Assembly (NCBI GenBank): GCA_965112155.1
Contig: OZ218102.1
Strand: one strand, 5' to 3'
DNA: 64,000 bases
Source: Podarcis liolepis
Taxonomy: Eukaryota
The notes beneath the pieces are model-generated. The model was given only the letters and a program-made list of their open reading frames with translations, did no database searches and was not told the DNA's origin. Position numbers and translations under genes: made by a program. Shown piece by piece: positions 12,500-25,632 of this stretch. The first letter of the stretch is position 1. Each line of letters opens with the position of its first letter.

Positions 12500-12862
12500 A
12501 TTTTTATTAAATTTTCTGTTTTACAATTTCAAATACACATTAAGATATCAATGACTTCCCTTCTTCTCTTTCCATGGTTCTTTTTACATATCTTACATCC
12601 CTGCATATTTTACTAAAACTACGCCAATCGGTTTTCCATTATTGCATCCATCAAAACGTCTTTACACTGTTGAATTGATCTTAATGCTGCCAGCGTTTTT
12701 AGCTGTGCACAATTATTTTACATATATTCAATAAACGTTTTCCAATCTTCTTTAAACATATTTTCTTCTTGTTCTCTTATTCTACGTGTCAAGTCTGCAA
12801 GTTGTGCATATTCTGTCAACTAAAGTTGCCATTCTTCTTCGGTTGGGACCTCCTCGTTTCCC
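12500..12862 (-). mobile_element. L1-type LINE 3' end (ORF2 C-terminus + 3' UTR)
   Basis: Minus-strand translation NEEVPTEEEWQL*LTEYAQLADLTRRIREQEENMFKEDWKTFIEYM resembles the reptile L1 ORF2 C-terminus. AATAAA and an A-rich tail at the left end. Confidence 0.65.
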
Positions 12863-13676
12863 ATGAAACTCATTAAATTAGGTCAGAAGCAAGCAGAAAA
12901 TCTCCAGGACAGAAGTAAGAGGCTCCGGTGGCTAACCGGCTGGCTGATGGACTTTCCTGTGTTGGCAGCTCTCATGTGCAGCGCAAGACGCCAGTCAAGA
13001 GGTCAGCAGGGCATGCCTCCTAGCAGGGTCACCTGGGGTCTCTTTCCCCAGCAAGGACGTGACTGGCGCACATTCTCTGCCAATACAGATCTCACCCCCC
13101 CCCCCCGGCTCCAGTCAGGAGAGCACACCCCCGAGGTCTCCTGACAACTGCCTAAAATAGCTCCGCTTTCAGGGATTCAGCTAGGATTTCTACAGGGCAG
13201 CTGGCCAAGATCCCTTAAGCTACCAGGAAGCCACCTGGACCCATAATTTTCCTGGGATCAGACCACCTTAATGAACCCACCACCCTACAGAGGCCAGAGG
13301 TCACCCAAACCCAAGGACATAAGAAGAACTTGTTGGATCAAAGCAGTGGTCCATTTGGCACAGCCCCTCAAGTTGGAGAGAGCCCCGGTGGATGAAGGGT
13401 TAAGCAGACATGCAAGGAGAGTGTCAGCAACACCAATTTATTTAGTTAGTTATTTAATTGAAGCTGATCAACTGGATCAGAATTATCTGCTTGTTGACAC
13501 TCTCAAGAGTGCTGTGGTTTCTTTCAAGAGTGAAGTGGTTTCTTTCTATATGTTGGGTTATTTTATTGTTAACAGCACTTTCCACCAGTTTCCCAGGGAC
13601 AGACTTACGGTAAGCTAAGCAGCCTGTAATTTCCAGGATTCCCCCTGGATCCATTTTTAAAAATTGGTGTGACATT

Positions 13677-13822
13677 TAACTTAATTTATTAATACGGTCA
13701 CAGACCAGCTTCAACACACACAATATCACAAATCATAAAAAATATCAGAAGTACAAGGGACAATATGCAATAACAAGAATTTAAATATAAAAATTAAAAT
13801 TGTTAGCGTGCCCCCTGTAATT
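13677..13822 (-). mobile_element. 146-bp AT-rich retro-insert with 14-bp TSD, nested in an old CR1 ORF2 fragment
   Basis: ATTGGTGTGACATT at 13663-13676 and 13823-13836. Removing the insert restores minus-strand EDWKIANVTPIFKNGSRGNPGNYR (CR1 RT). Confidence 0.7.
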
Positions 13823-14296
13823 ATTGGTGTGACATTGGCTATTTTCCAATCCTCACATTTGAGTTCTTTGAGGACTCTTGGATAGATACAATCTGCCCCA
13901 GGTCCAGGGTCACCTCCCCTCTGGATGATTCCAACATCAACTTGTCTGAGCTACAGTCATTTAGGCTATCTGGAAATCCTACCTCTGTCATGATGGGAGC
14001 ACACATGTGGCCATTCTATGTGAGTTGAAGTTGCCCATTACTACACGGTCTCTCCTGTTAGATGCTTCCTTGATTTTCTTCTTCATCTCAAGATCTCCTT
14101 GAGCATTTTGACCAGGCAGATAAAAGCGCATCCCAGTACCAAACTACTATTGGGGGCCAGTATTGACACCCACAATGACCCTGCCCTTGGGGGGATTTCT
14201 TCTTTGTTCGACGTGATGCCTTCTTTGACATACAGAGTGACACCATCTCTGGTATGTCCTTTTCTGTCCTTCCTATAGAGTTCATAACCAGATAAA

Positions 14297-15010
14297 GGTA
14301 CATTCGCAGAGAAACCAAAATGCTTGTTTACAAAGCTATCATACTACCAACTTTACTGTACACTTGTGAAACATGGACCACTTATAAACACCATCTCCAA
14401 CTCCTAGAAATATTCCATCAAAGGTGTCTCTGAAAATTTTTACACATCATTTGGGAAGACGGGTGAACTAATGCCAGTGTACTGGAAGAAGCAAAGATCA
14501 CCAGTGTCAAAGCAATGATTCTTCAACATCAACTTCGTTGGACTGGTCATGTTGTTTGGACACCTGATTATCGTCTTCTAAAGCAACTATTCCCAACTCA
14601 AGAATGGAAAGTGTAATACAACAACAAAAAGAGGTTTAAAGAGGTTTATACAACAAAAGAGGTTTGAAGATGCTCTCAAGGCAAATCTTTCAAAATGTAG
14701 TATAAGCACTGATACTGATAACTGGGAAGCACTGGCCTGTGAGTGCTCCAATTGGAGAACAGCCTTTAACAAAAGTGTTGTGGACTTTGAAGAAGCACGA
14801 ACTTCAGACGAAAGGGAGAAACGAGCTAAGAGGAAGGCACACTTGGCAAACCCTCACCATGATCAACTCCTGCATGAAAACCTATGTCCCCACTGTGGAA
14901 GGATGTGTGGATCCAGAATTGGCTTCCACAGTCACTTACTGTTAAGACTGTGTTCATGGAAGACAAACTTACTTGGCTAGGAGTGATCACCAAAGAGAAG
15001 ACGAAGAATA
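14297..15010 (+). mobile_element. RTE-clade LINE 3' fragment (non-BovB) with C-terminal zinc finger
   Basis: IRRETKMLVYKAIILPTLLYTCETWTTYKHH...QLRWTGHVV... then NLCPHCGRMCGSRIGFHSHL. Contains stops and frameshifts; GAA-rich tail. Confidence 0.8.
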
Positions 15011-15650
15011 TCCAGATATGCATGTCCCACTGGTTCTCTCCATTCCACCAGGTTTCCGTTATGCTCTCTATATCAGTGCTGTCCGTCCTGTAAGACCAAA
15101 CACTCTGGTTTGCCCATCGTGGCTCGGAGGCTTCTAGCACTGATGCATAACACTTGCACACTATGTGCGGTCCTTTGGCCTCTCTGAATTGCTTCTTGTG
15201 CCCTTGCACTCATAATGTCTAGTTCCTCTCAGCCTCCATATGAATTGTCATCCCTGTTATCATCTTCACCCCTGGGAGGAGATTCATTTGAACCTCCTCA
15301 GCTCTTTTCAGCTTTCCCCCCAGTCAGTTTAAAAGCTGCTCTGCCCCCTGTTTTATTGTAAATACTAACAATCCGGTTCCATCCTTCTTCAAGCAGAGCC
15401 CGACCCTTTTGTTCAAACCGGGCTTGTCCCAGCATGTTCCCTAGTGCCTAGCAGATCCAAGCCTTCCTCCCGAGACCACTGTCTCTCCCACTCACTGAGA
15501 CCACAACGGGGAGCCTGGCTGGGCGGCCCCGGGCGTGGAACCAGCTGCCAGAAAGCTGCCATAGAGAGTCTGACTTTCAGAATCCTACCTAGCAATCTAC
15601 ATCCAGCTTCCGGTATCTCATTTCTGGCCATCATCTTGTGCCTAGTGTGA

Positions 15651-15804
15651 TCATAAAATCCTAGAATTGTAGAGGAGGAAGGGACCCTGAGAACCATCTA
15701 GACTAACCCCCTGCAAGGCAGGAATCTGCAGCTGTCCCATTCGGGGACTGAACCTGCAAACTCGGCATGATCAGCACCGTGCTCTAACCAGCTGAGCTAT
15801 CCAG
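15651..15804 (-). mobile_element. tRNA-headed SINE with CR1-derived tail (Squam3/POM-type)
   Basis: Reverse strand reads GGATAGCTCAGCTGGTTAGAGCACGGTGCTGAT (A box)...GGTTCAGTCCCC (B box), then the CR1 3' 'agggtcccttcc...caattcta' tail. Confidence 0.75.
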
Positions 15805-17029
15805 ACTGGCATCTATCAGGCTATCTAGGCAACATTTGCAGCCTTCACCCCAGGCGGACAATTCACCCTGCGATTTGCATGCCCACCGTGTACCCAAGTA
15901 TTTACGTTCCTTATGACTGAGGGTCCTTCTCTGAACTGGATGAATCTCCTCAGCACATGAGGGCATTTCTTGCTCCTGCCAGGCAGGTGCCCCTTTCTAA
16001 ATGACCACTTCTGCTTCCTCTGAGTGACAGCCCTTCTTGAGAGCTCCAAGGCCAGCCAGCAGCCTCCTCCTGCCTGGTGGTGGCAGAGGCCTCTGCAGAG
16101 GCTGCCCTTCCCCAGCCCAGCTCCTTAAGGACAGGGGAGGCCAAGGGAGGGAGGGAGGGGTGCCATGCCAGGGTCAGGCCTCCATGCCCTTTCCTCCCTC
16201 CACTCCTCTCCAGTCAAGGGAAGAGAAGACAACAGCTTTGCATCCAGCGTCCCCTGATTTCAAGAGGGCAGGTCTTCAGGCACAGCAGAGGCTGCTGATA
16301 GGGTGGGGTGTGAAGGAGCTTCGGCCCTGCTGGCTCTGCTGGAAGCACAACTCAAAGGGCACCAAAGAGGTTGTTTGAATTTGCAGCCGCCAAGTCCTGC
16401 CATTAATCCTCTGGCCAAGTCCACATTAATTTGCTCTCTACTTAGATCAACGTGAAGCTGCCCATTGGGCTCTGGTTGGCCTTTTCAGGGTTCGCTGCTC
16501 TTGAGGCGCCGGGAAGTGGAGATTTGGGGTTTCTTTCAAATGCTTTGAGCGCTGCCGGGTGATCCTGGCTGGCATCGTGGCAGCAAGAAAGATCCTGAAC
16601 ATTGCCCGAGTGGCAGAATGAGGCTGAAGATCCGACTAGCCTTTATTTAGTTATTATTCATCTGTTTAAAGCATTTGCACCCCATCCTGCTGAGTATGTA
16701 AAAAACATGTGGGGGTGCACCTGAAAAATGGAGTTTGGGGCCCCTCAAAACCTTGTGCCTTGAGTGACATGTGGCTGCTCTCCTGGCAAAGTGGGAGCAT
16801 GAACTGGAAGGCTCAAGGCTTCTTGTGGGAGTACAGGATCAGTTCCTCCCTTATTTCCACTTGCATTGGCTGCTGTTGTCACTCAGACCCACTTGCTGGT
16901 GTTTTGGAACCAACCTTTCAGCTTTGGCAGACGGGGCTGTGAACACCCGGATCTAGAAGCCCCTTTCCCCTTGCCCCGCGCAGACTGTGCCATTGTCCAC
17001 CATAACATACAAGAACGGACTGTGTCTCT

Positions 17030-17166
17030 ATACATTGCAACATTTCACCAATGAAAATAGGGGCAGCCTAAGGAAAAGCAGGACATTCTGGGATCAAATC
17101 AGAAGCCAGGATGGCTTCTGTAAATGCGGGGCTGTCCCTGGAAAATAAGGGCACTTGGAGGGTGTG
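17030..17166. mobile_element. Short non-autonomous DNA element (MITE-like)
   Basis: Imperfect terminal inverted repeats (atacattgcaac...ttggagggtgtg) around an 'aaaatagggg...gggatcaaatcagaa...ctggaaaataagggc' core. Confidence 0.35.
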
Positions 17167-17864
17167 TGTCTCTGTCCTGTGCAGGCTTCTTGGAGGAGCC
17201 GGTCTGAGGTGAGGGTGCAGAGGACGGAAAGGAGGCCTGTCGATGTGGCGCTAGGAAGACCTGCTAGGTTGGCAGGAGCTAGGACAAGAACAGGAGGAAT
17301 CCTTTACCCAGGGAGACCTGTGGCTGAGAGGGGTGCAGAGCAGCTTCCGGATCTTCAAAGGATGCGCCATAAATCTTTGAACAGCAGCAAACGTGCTTCA
17401 TGCAAAAGAGAGTTGCAGGATGGCAGGAAGCAGTTGTGATGGCGGGGGGGGGGCAGGAAGGAGTGCACCTTCAGCAAATTTGGGAAGAAAATGCATGCTG
17501 AAGTGGCCCAAAAGGGGGCTTTGGGGGCTTCAAAGTCTACCTGGATGCAATTAGATGAAGATCAGCAACAAACCACAATGCACAGCATTGATAGCCAGGA
17601 CCAATTTCTGGTCACTGTGCAGCACGGCCTCTGAGCAACCACCATTCCCTCACCCAGCACAAATAGAAGGCGCCATAAATCTTGGTATTATGGGATGGCA
17701 GCTCCCATCATCAGCCCAGGCAGCCAGCATGAGTAGTGGTTAGGGAGGAGGGTGAGGGCTTCAGGCTCTCTCAACACTCCTCTGGCCGGCCACAAAGGGC
17801 GCCTTCTGCCCAGCCCAAAACTGAGGTGTGGCTGGCAGTGCTGAAGGGACAGAGTCCAACAGCC

Positions 17865-19097
17865 ACTAACCTGATCTCGTTTTACTAACCTGATCTCGTT
17901 TTTTGACAGAATTACAAGCCTGGTAGATGAAGGGAACGCAGTGGATATAGCCTACCTTGATTTCAGCAAGGCATTTGACAAGGTGCCCCATGATATTCTT
18001 GTAAAGAAGCTGGTAAAATGCGGTCTTGACTCTGCTACCACTCAGTGGATTTGTAACTGGCTGACTGACCGAACCCAAAGGGTGCTCATCAATGGTTCCT
18101 CTTCATCCTGGAGAAGAGTGACTAGTGGGGTGCCACAGGGTTCTGTCTTGGGCCCGGTCTTATTCAACATCTTTATCAACGACTTGGATGATGGACTCAA
18201 GGGCATCCTGATCAAATTTGCAGATGACACCAAACTGGGAGGGGTGGCTAACACCCCAGAGGACAGGATCACACTTCAAAACGACCTTGACAGATTAGAG
18301 AACTGGGCAAAAACAAACAAGATGAATTTTAACAGGGAGAAATGTAAAGTATTGCACTTGGGCAAAAAAAATGAGAGGCACAAATACAAGATGGGGGACA
18401 CCTGGCTTGAGAGCAGTACATGTGAAAAGGATCTAGGAGTCTTGGTTGACCACAAACTTGACATGAGCCAACAGTGTGACGCGGCAGCTAAAAAAGCCAA
18501 TGCAATTCTGGGCTGCATCAATAGGAGTATAGCATCTAGATCAAGGGAAGTAATAGTGCCACTGTATTCTGCTCTGGTCAGACCTCACCTGGAGTACTGT
18601 GTCCAGTTCTGGGCACCATAATTCAAGAAGGACACTGACAAACTGGAACATGTCCAGAGCAGGGCAACCAAAATGGTCAAAGGCCTGGAAACGATGCCTT
18701 ATGAGGAACGGCTAAGGGAGCTGGGCATGTTTAGCCTGGAGAAGAGGAGGTTAAGGGGTGATATGATAGCCATGTTCAAATATATAAAAGGATGTCACAT
18801 AGAGGAGGGAGAAAGGTTGTTTTCTGCTGCTCCAGAGAAGCAGACACGGAGCAATGGATCCAAACTACAAGAAAGAAGATTCCACCTAAACATTAGGAAG
18901 AACTTCCTGACAGTAAGAGCTGTTTGACAGTGGAATTTGCTGCCAAGGAGTGTGGTGGAGTCTCCTGCTTTGGAGGTCTTTAAGCAGAGGCTTGCCAACC
19001 ATATGTCAGGAGTGCTCTGATGGTGTTTCCTGCTTGGCAGGGGGTTGGACTCGATGGCCCTTGTGGTCTATTCCAACTCTAGGATTCTATGATTCTA
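17865..19097 (+). mobile_element. 5'-truncated young CR1 LINE (RT half of ORF2 + 3' UTR)
   Basis: [35 protein letters not shown] in one frame, broken only by stops at 18619 and 18925. Ends in the ATTCTATGATTCTA tail. Confidence 0.96.
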
Positions 19098-19757
19098 AGG
19101 GAATGTTGAGAAAGAATTCTGCAGGAAACTACACATCAGGTTATTTGTGCTTCTATAATGCTCTTCTATTCTGAAGAAAAAGCAGATGTAACATCTCTGT
19201 TGGAAAGTGAAGAGTGTTTGTTATTCCCACTGAAAATCAAATATTGGGTGCTTTTACTTGACTTGACCTTGAACAGATGGAGACAGCTGTATGAGCTGCA
19301 GAAAATATGGGTGACCTGTGTGACTGGACAGGGCCCTTCCGGTGATGGCTCCCTCCTTGCTTTGGGATGGATGCCAACAAGTCACAGCCTAGCTTGCCTT
19401 GCTTTGCCCAACCTGCTCATTGGCTGGAATTCCAGTGGCTGGAAGGCGAATACCTTTTGAGGTTTGCTAAAACTTTTTCAGCCCATTGTCATAGAATCAT
19501 GGTCACCTCCAGCATTTTGCAGGAAGGATTCTGTCTCATGCTGGAAATTTAGGTTTGTGCAATGGGAGTGGGTGAAAGTACTCAGTCAGAACAAATCCCC
19601 TTAAAAAACAACAACAAAGACTTTTTGAAGTTCAGAAAGTGATAGTGAAGTGTGCTAGAAAGTGTGGGGAAACAATCCGTTGTCTAACCTCCATGCAAAC
19701 AAGTCAGAGCAAATGCCCAAAGAGGAGGGACCTTGCTTAATTTCTGAGGTAGAAGCT

Positions 19758-22616
19758 TTGTTGTTTAGTCGTTTAGTCGTGTCCGACTCTTCGTGACCCC
19801 ATGGACCAGAGCACGCCAGGCACTTCTGTCCTCCACTGCCTCCCGCAGTTTGATCAAACTCATGCTAGTAGCTTCAAGGACACCATCCAACCATCTCATT
19901 CTCTGTCATCCCCTTCTCCTTGTGCCCTCCATCTTTCCCAACATCAGGGTCTTTTCCAGGGAGTCTTCTCTTCTCATGAGGTGGCCAAAGTATTGGAGCC
20001 TCAGCTTCACGATCTGTCCTTCCAGTGAGCGCTCAGGGCTGATTTCCTTCAGAATGGAGAGGTTTTATATTCTTGCAGTCCATGGGACTCTCAAGAGTCT
20101 CCTCCAGCACCATAATTCAAAAGCATCAATTCTTCGGCGATCAGCCTTCTTTATGGTCCAGCTCTCACTTCCATACATCACTACTGGGAAAACCATGGCT
20201 TTTACTATACGGACCTTTGTTGGCAAGGTGATGTCTCTGCTTTTTAAGATGTTGTCTAGGTTTGCCATCGCCTTTCTCCCAAGGAGCAGGCGTCTTTTAA
20301 TTTCGTTACTGCTGTCACCATCTGCACTGATCATGGAGCCCAAGAAAGTAAAATCTCTCACTGCCTCCATTTCTTCCCCATCTATTTGCCAGGAGGTGAT
20401 GGGCCCAGTGGCAATGATCTTCGTTTTTTTGATGTTGAGCTTCAGACCATATTTTGCGCTCTCCTCTTTCACCCTCATTAAAAGGTTCTTTAATTCCTCT
20501 TCACTTTCTGCCATCAAGGTTGTGTCATCTGCATATCTGAGGTTGTTGATATTTCTTCCGGCAATCTTAATTCCGGCTTGGGATTCATCCAGCCCAGCCT
20601 TTCGCATGATGAATTCTGCATATAAGTTAAATAAGCAGGGAGACAATATACAGCCTTGCCATACTCCTTTCCCAATTTTGAACCAATCAGTTGTTCCATA
20701 TCCAGTTCCAACTGTAGCTTCTTGTCCCACATAGAGATTTCTCAGGAGACAGATGAGGTGATCAGGCACTCCCATTTCTTTAAGAACTTGCCATAGTTTG
20801 CTGTGGCCAACACAGTCAAAGGCTTTTGCATAGTCAATGAAGCAGAAGTAGATGTCTTTCTGGAACTCTCTAGCTTTCTCCATAATCCAGCGCATGTTTG
20901 CAATTTGGTCTCTGGTTCCTCTGCCTCTTCTAAATCCAGCTTGCACTTCTGGGAGTTCTCGGTCCACATACTGCTTGAGCCTTCCTTGTAGAATTTTAAG
21001 CATCACCTTGCTAGCGTGTGAAATGAGTGAAATTGTGCGGTAGTTGGAGCATTCTTTGGCACTGCCTTTCTTTGGGATTGGGATGTCGACTGATCTTCTC
21101 CAATCCTCTGGCCACTGCTGAGTTTTCCAAACTTGCTGGCATATTGAGTGTAGCACCTTAACAGCATCATCTTTTAAAATTTTAAACAGTTCAGCTGGAA
21201 TACCATCACTTCCACTGGCCTTGTTATTTGCAGTGCTTTCTAAGGCCCATTTGACTTCACTCTCCAGGATGTCTGGCTCAAGGTCAGCAACCACACTATC
21301 TGGGGTGTACGAGACATCCATATCTTTCTGGTATAATTCCTCTGTGTAATTTTGCTACCTCTTCTTGATGTCTTCTGCTTCAGTTAGATCTTTACCACTT
21401 TTGTCCTTTATTATGGTAATCTTTGTACGAAATGTTCCTTTCATATTTCCGATTTTCTTGAACAGATCTCTGGTTCTTCCCATTCTGTTGCTTTCCTCTA
21501 TTTCTTTGCATTGCTCGTTTAAGAAGGCCTTCTTGTCTCTCCTTGCTATTCTTTGGAAATCTGCATTCAATTTCCTGTATCTTTCACTATCTCCCTCGCA
21601 TTTTGCTTGCCTTCTCTCCCCCGCTATTTGTAAGGCCTCGTTGGACAGCCACTTTGCTTTCTTGCATATCTTTTTCATTGGGATGGTTTTAGTTGCTGCC
21701 TCCTGTATAATGTTGCGAGCCTCCACCCATAGTTCTTCAGGCACTCTGTCCACCAAATCTAAATCCTTAAACCTGTTCCTCACTTCCACTGTGTATTCAT
21801 AAGGGATTTGGTTTAGATTGTATCTTACCTGTCCAGTGGGTTTTCCTACTTTCTTCAGTTTAAGCTTGAATTTTGCTATAAGGAGCTGATGATCTGAGCC
21901 ACAGTCAGCTCCAGGTCTTGTTTTTGCTGACTGTATAGAGCTTCTCCATCTTTGGCTGCAGAGAATATAACCAATCTGATTTCGATGTTGCCCATCTGGG
22001 GATGTCCATGTGTAGAGTCGTCTCTTGTGTTGTTGGAAAAGCGTGTTTGTGATGACCAGCTTGTTCTCTTGACAGAACTCTATTAGCCTTTGCCCTGCTT
22101 CGTTTTGATCTCCAAGGCCAAACTTGCCAGTTGTTCCTTTTATCTCTTGATTCCCTACTTTAGCATTCCAATCCCCTATAATGAGCAGAACACCCTTCTT
22201 TGGTGTCACTTCTATAAGGTCTTGTAAGTCTTCATAGAATTGGTCAATTTCAGTTTCTTCAGCACCAGTAGTTGGTGCATAAACTTGGATTACTGTGATG
22301 TTAAAAGGTCTGCCTTGGATTCGTATCGAGATCATTCTATCATTTTTGAGACTGCATCCCAGTACAGCTTTCACCACTCTTTTGTTGACTATGAGGGCCA
22401 CTCCATTTCTCTTACGGGTTTCTTGCCCACAGTAGTAGATATGATAGTCATCCGAACGGAATTCGCCCATTCCCGTCCATTTTAGCTCACTGATGCCCAG
22501 GATGTCAATATTTATTCTTGCCATCTCATTTTTGACCACATCCAACTTACCCAGGTTCATGGTTCTTACATTCCAGGTTCCTATGCAATATTTTTCTTTA
22601 CAGCATTGGACTTTCC
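19758..22616 (-). mobile_element. BovB (RTE clade) LINE, near-complete APE+RT ORF
   Basis: GTWNVRTMN...ILGISE...GDWNAKVG...SDHQLL (APE endonuclease) and FIDYAKAFD...QGCILSP...LRYADD (RT). C-terminus VHGVTKSRTRLND*, (CAA)-type tail. One frame with nonsense codons at 21355, 20065 and 19906. Confidence 0.97.
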
Positions 22617-25248
22617 TTAGTGCAAGCAAAGAAGGAAGGGGGCTCAACAGACAGGTGGACAGGAGGACCCCAGAAGGGGATACAGAACCATAGAACTGGA
22701 AGGGACCCCAGTGGTCATCTAGTCCATCCCTCTGCAATCCAGGAATTCAAGCAGGCATCCTTGTCCTGGCATTGGAGGGGCATTTCACGGATTTCAGTGC
22801 TTCCTGGTGCCTGCTGCTTTTCCATGCCTATTTTCCCCCTAATAACGGCCCTGAACATTTTCCTGGAAAGTCTCCTGATAAGTGCAAGGGTCGCCAATCT
22901 CTGGGTTTTGCTCCCTCTTTCCCTCCCCTCAGCAAGGCTGCCCCTGTTGCTCAGACATTTTGCACCCTTCTAGGGGGCCTGATTCTGGAGGAGCAGACTC
23001 CTCTGCGTGGCCCTCCCTCCCCATCAGTAAAAAGGGACAGAGAGTGGCTGGTCCATCCCACAGAACTGCTTTGTGGGCAACCACTGAGGGATATCCCTTT
23101 GCACATTTTTACCGGGTCCATTTTGCTGGCAAAACTCCACCTGCAAAGGGCCAATGCCAGGCTTAGCCAGTCTGAGCCCAAGTCCTCCGGCCTGGAGCCT
23201 GGGAACTTGGCTACGTGATCTCTCTGCCCCACAACACTTTCCAGTGGGGCTGGCTCCACAAACGCCAGAGCTTCTTAGCCACAGAATAAGCTTGGCTGTT
23301 CAGAAGAATTTTCCTTTGCAATCATGAGAAATAAACATCTCCAACGTCATTGCCCAAATGTGGCTGTGGAAAGGTTTGCTCATGATCAGCTCAGCCACCT
23401 CCCTGGCCAGACCCAGCTTCAGCCTCATTCCAGAGGCAGCTCAGCTTTGGCCTCCAAGCAGAAGAACGAGAGGAAGACCTTCCTTTGGACGCTGCCGCAC
23501 GGCAGTTGGCCCAGGCAGGGCTGCCTCCTTCCCTGGGAACCTGGAAACATTTTCTGGAAGCTCCAGGTCACTGAGCCTTTGAGCTCAGCATCACCTGCCC
23601 GGGCTGGAAGCAGCTCTCCAGCAATCCAGGACAGGAGCGTCTCCTTGCCCACCTGGGATGCCACAGGGACTGGCCAGGGATCTTCTGCATGCCAAGCAGC
23701 TGCCCCACCCCAAGCCGTAGCCCTTCCACCCCCACCAGCCGACCACAGGAGCAGCTATTCCACGCACTCCCTCTCAGAAACCTCTCCTCTGTGAGCCCTG
23801 ACAGGCAAAGCGGGATTTCCGCCTTTGCATTGGGAGGAGGCGGGGGCAGCATATGTGAGCACATCCAGTGGTCCACCAGCCCTCTGGCAAAATTGGGCTG
23901 GCTCAGGAAACAGAAGCAAGAGGCCGTTCTTCTTTCTGGATCCCCCAAGACCTCCGCCATCCTTCCCTCCAGTCCTGGGGTTGACACTGGCTGGTCCAAC
24001 ACCTGTTAAATTTAATTCAAGCCCCCCCCCCCCGGCATTTGCTCAGTGCACTGTGCTTCTATTAACGTCTTATATATTTTTTATTTTGAACCTCACCTTG
24101 ATACTGTTGTGGACTGGCTCCCTGCCCAGCAGCCCAAGCCTTGTGGGGGCCTTCATGGCAGCCCACCCAACGGTCTGGCCGGCCTCCAGGTGCCCCAGCC
24201 ATCGAGGGCATCTCTCCCAAGCCATCTGTGGAGAGAGCAAACAATGGCCTTGCCCTGAAGGGAGGAAGAAGGCTGTGCCAAGAGATGGGATCTCCCCTGA
24301 AGGAGAGGCGCGCTCTCTCTCTCTCTTTCCTGAAATGCAGCAGCAGGATCCAGATTCTGGTACCCAGAGTATGCCTTTGGGAGGCTGCAAGATTTCCATG
24401 CTTTTGGGTCCAAATGCCCCTCCCTGCCCCAGGGCTGGACTTCTGGCCACCCGAAGACCCGCCGCCACCACCGGACCTCTGCTCAGGACTGCCGGGTGTC
24501 CCCAGCCTGGCAGGAACCCACTCTCATCTCACGGGCCCTTCCCACCCCAGGAGCCCAATGATCCTAGTGCCCAGCCGGGACCCAGGGCTGCTTGAGAGCG
24601 GGAGGGGGGGCGCTGACGGGATTCCCGCCCCATATGGCGGAGGGAGGCCCATGGCTGGCCTTTCCGAGTCCCGGCTCCAGCTCGGAGCCCCGGGGGCCTT
24701 GGCTGCTTCAAAGAGGCCTCTTCCCTCTCAGCAGCTTCGGCGGGACAAGGGACCTCCCGCTGCTCCTTGGGTTCCCCAAGGCTCCTCTGACAGACCCGGG
24801 ACCCTCGGCCCGGGACCCCCGTCCAGTCCCCGCTGCGGACTAGCGCCTTGGGCAGCCCTCTCTGGGCGAGCGGGGCGGGGTGGGCGGGGCTCCGGCCGGC
24901 CGCCTCTCACCTGTCCCGCCCCGCCCCGTAGGTAGCGGGCGGCGGCGCGGATTGGCGGGCGGGCGCGGGAGGGGCGTGTCTGCCCCGCCCTCCTCCTCCG
25001 CCGGCCAGGCCCGCGACGCCATCTTGCCTGGAAAGTTTGGAATTTCGGAGCGGCCCCCCCGGAGGAGGGAGCGCGGCGGAGGCGAAGGCGGCGGAGGCGA
25101 AGGCGGAGGCGGAGGCGCGGAGTCGGGCGGGAGCGGAGCCGGGGCGGGAGGAGGAGGCGGCGGCGGAGGAGGAGCCCCCTGGGCGCCCGGCCGGCCGGCG
25201 TGGAGGGCGAGGCGAAGGCGGCCCCCCCCCGCTCTCCCGCGCCCCGCC

Positions 25249-25267
25249 ATGCCCGTCCGCAAGCAAG
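25249..25267 (+). CDS. DLG1: DLG1 beta first coding exon (MPVRKQ-D)
   Basis: gccATG Kozak context, 19 nt, AAG|GTGAGG donor. MPVRKQD is the SAP97 N-terminus. Confidence 0.95.
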
Positions 25268-25500
25268 GTGAGGCGCCGGAGGGGAGGCGGGCGGGAAAGT
25301 TTTCCTCGGCGGGGCAGCCGGGCGGAGGCGGGCGGGAGGGCGGCGGGCAGCCCCGGCCCTGGAGGAGGAGGAGGGGGGGGCCGGCGCCGCTCGGGAGCCT
25401 CTGAGCGCGTGCAGAGCGCGGGCGGCCGCCAGGGAGGAGGGCCGGGTGGCGGCGGCGGCGGCGGCGGAGCCCCCGTTCAGCGACGGTGTCCCTTTTGCAG

Positions 25501-25632
25501 ACACGCAGCGCGCCCTGCGCCTCCTGGAGGACTACCGCGCCAAGCTGAGCCGGGCGGACGAGAGGCAGCTGCGGAGCTCCGTCGAGAGAGTCATCGGCAT
25601 CTTCCAGAGCAGCCTCTTCCAGGCTCTGCTAG
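25501..25632 (+). CDS. DLG1: DLG1 L27 domain exon
   Basis: ttttgcAG acceptor; [44 protein letters not shown]; 132 nt; ends at a non-canonical AG|GCGAGT donor. Confidence 0.92.

Noticed and set aside
15730-15804. tRNA-like sequence on the minus strand
   Set aside because: Degenerate arms and fusion to a CR1 tail show it is a SINE head, not a tRNA gene.
19793-20734. 313-aa + strand ORF
   Set aside because: It is the antisense shadow of the BovB RT frame, with no independent gene features.
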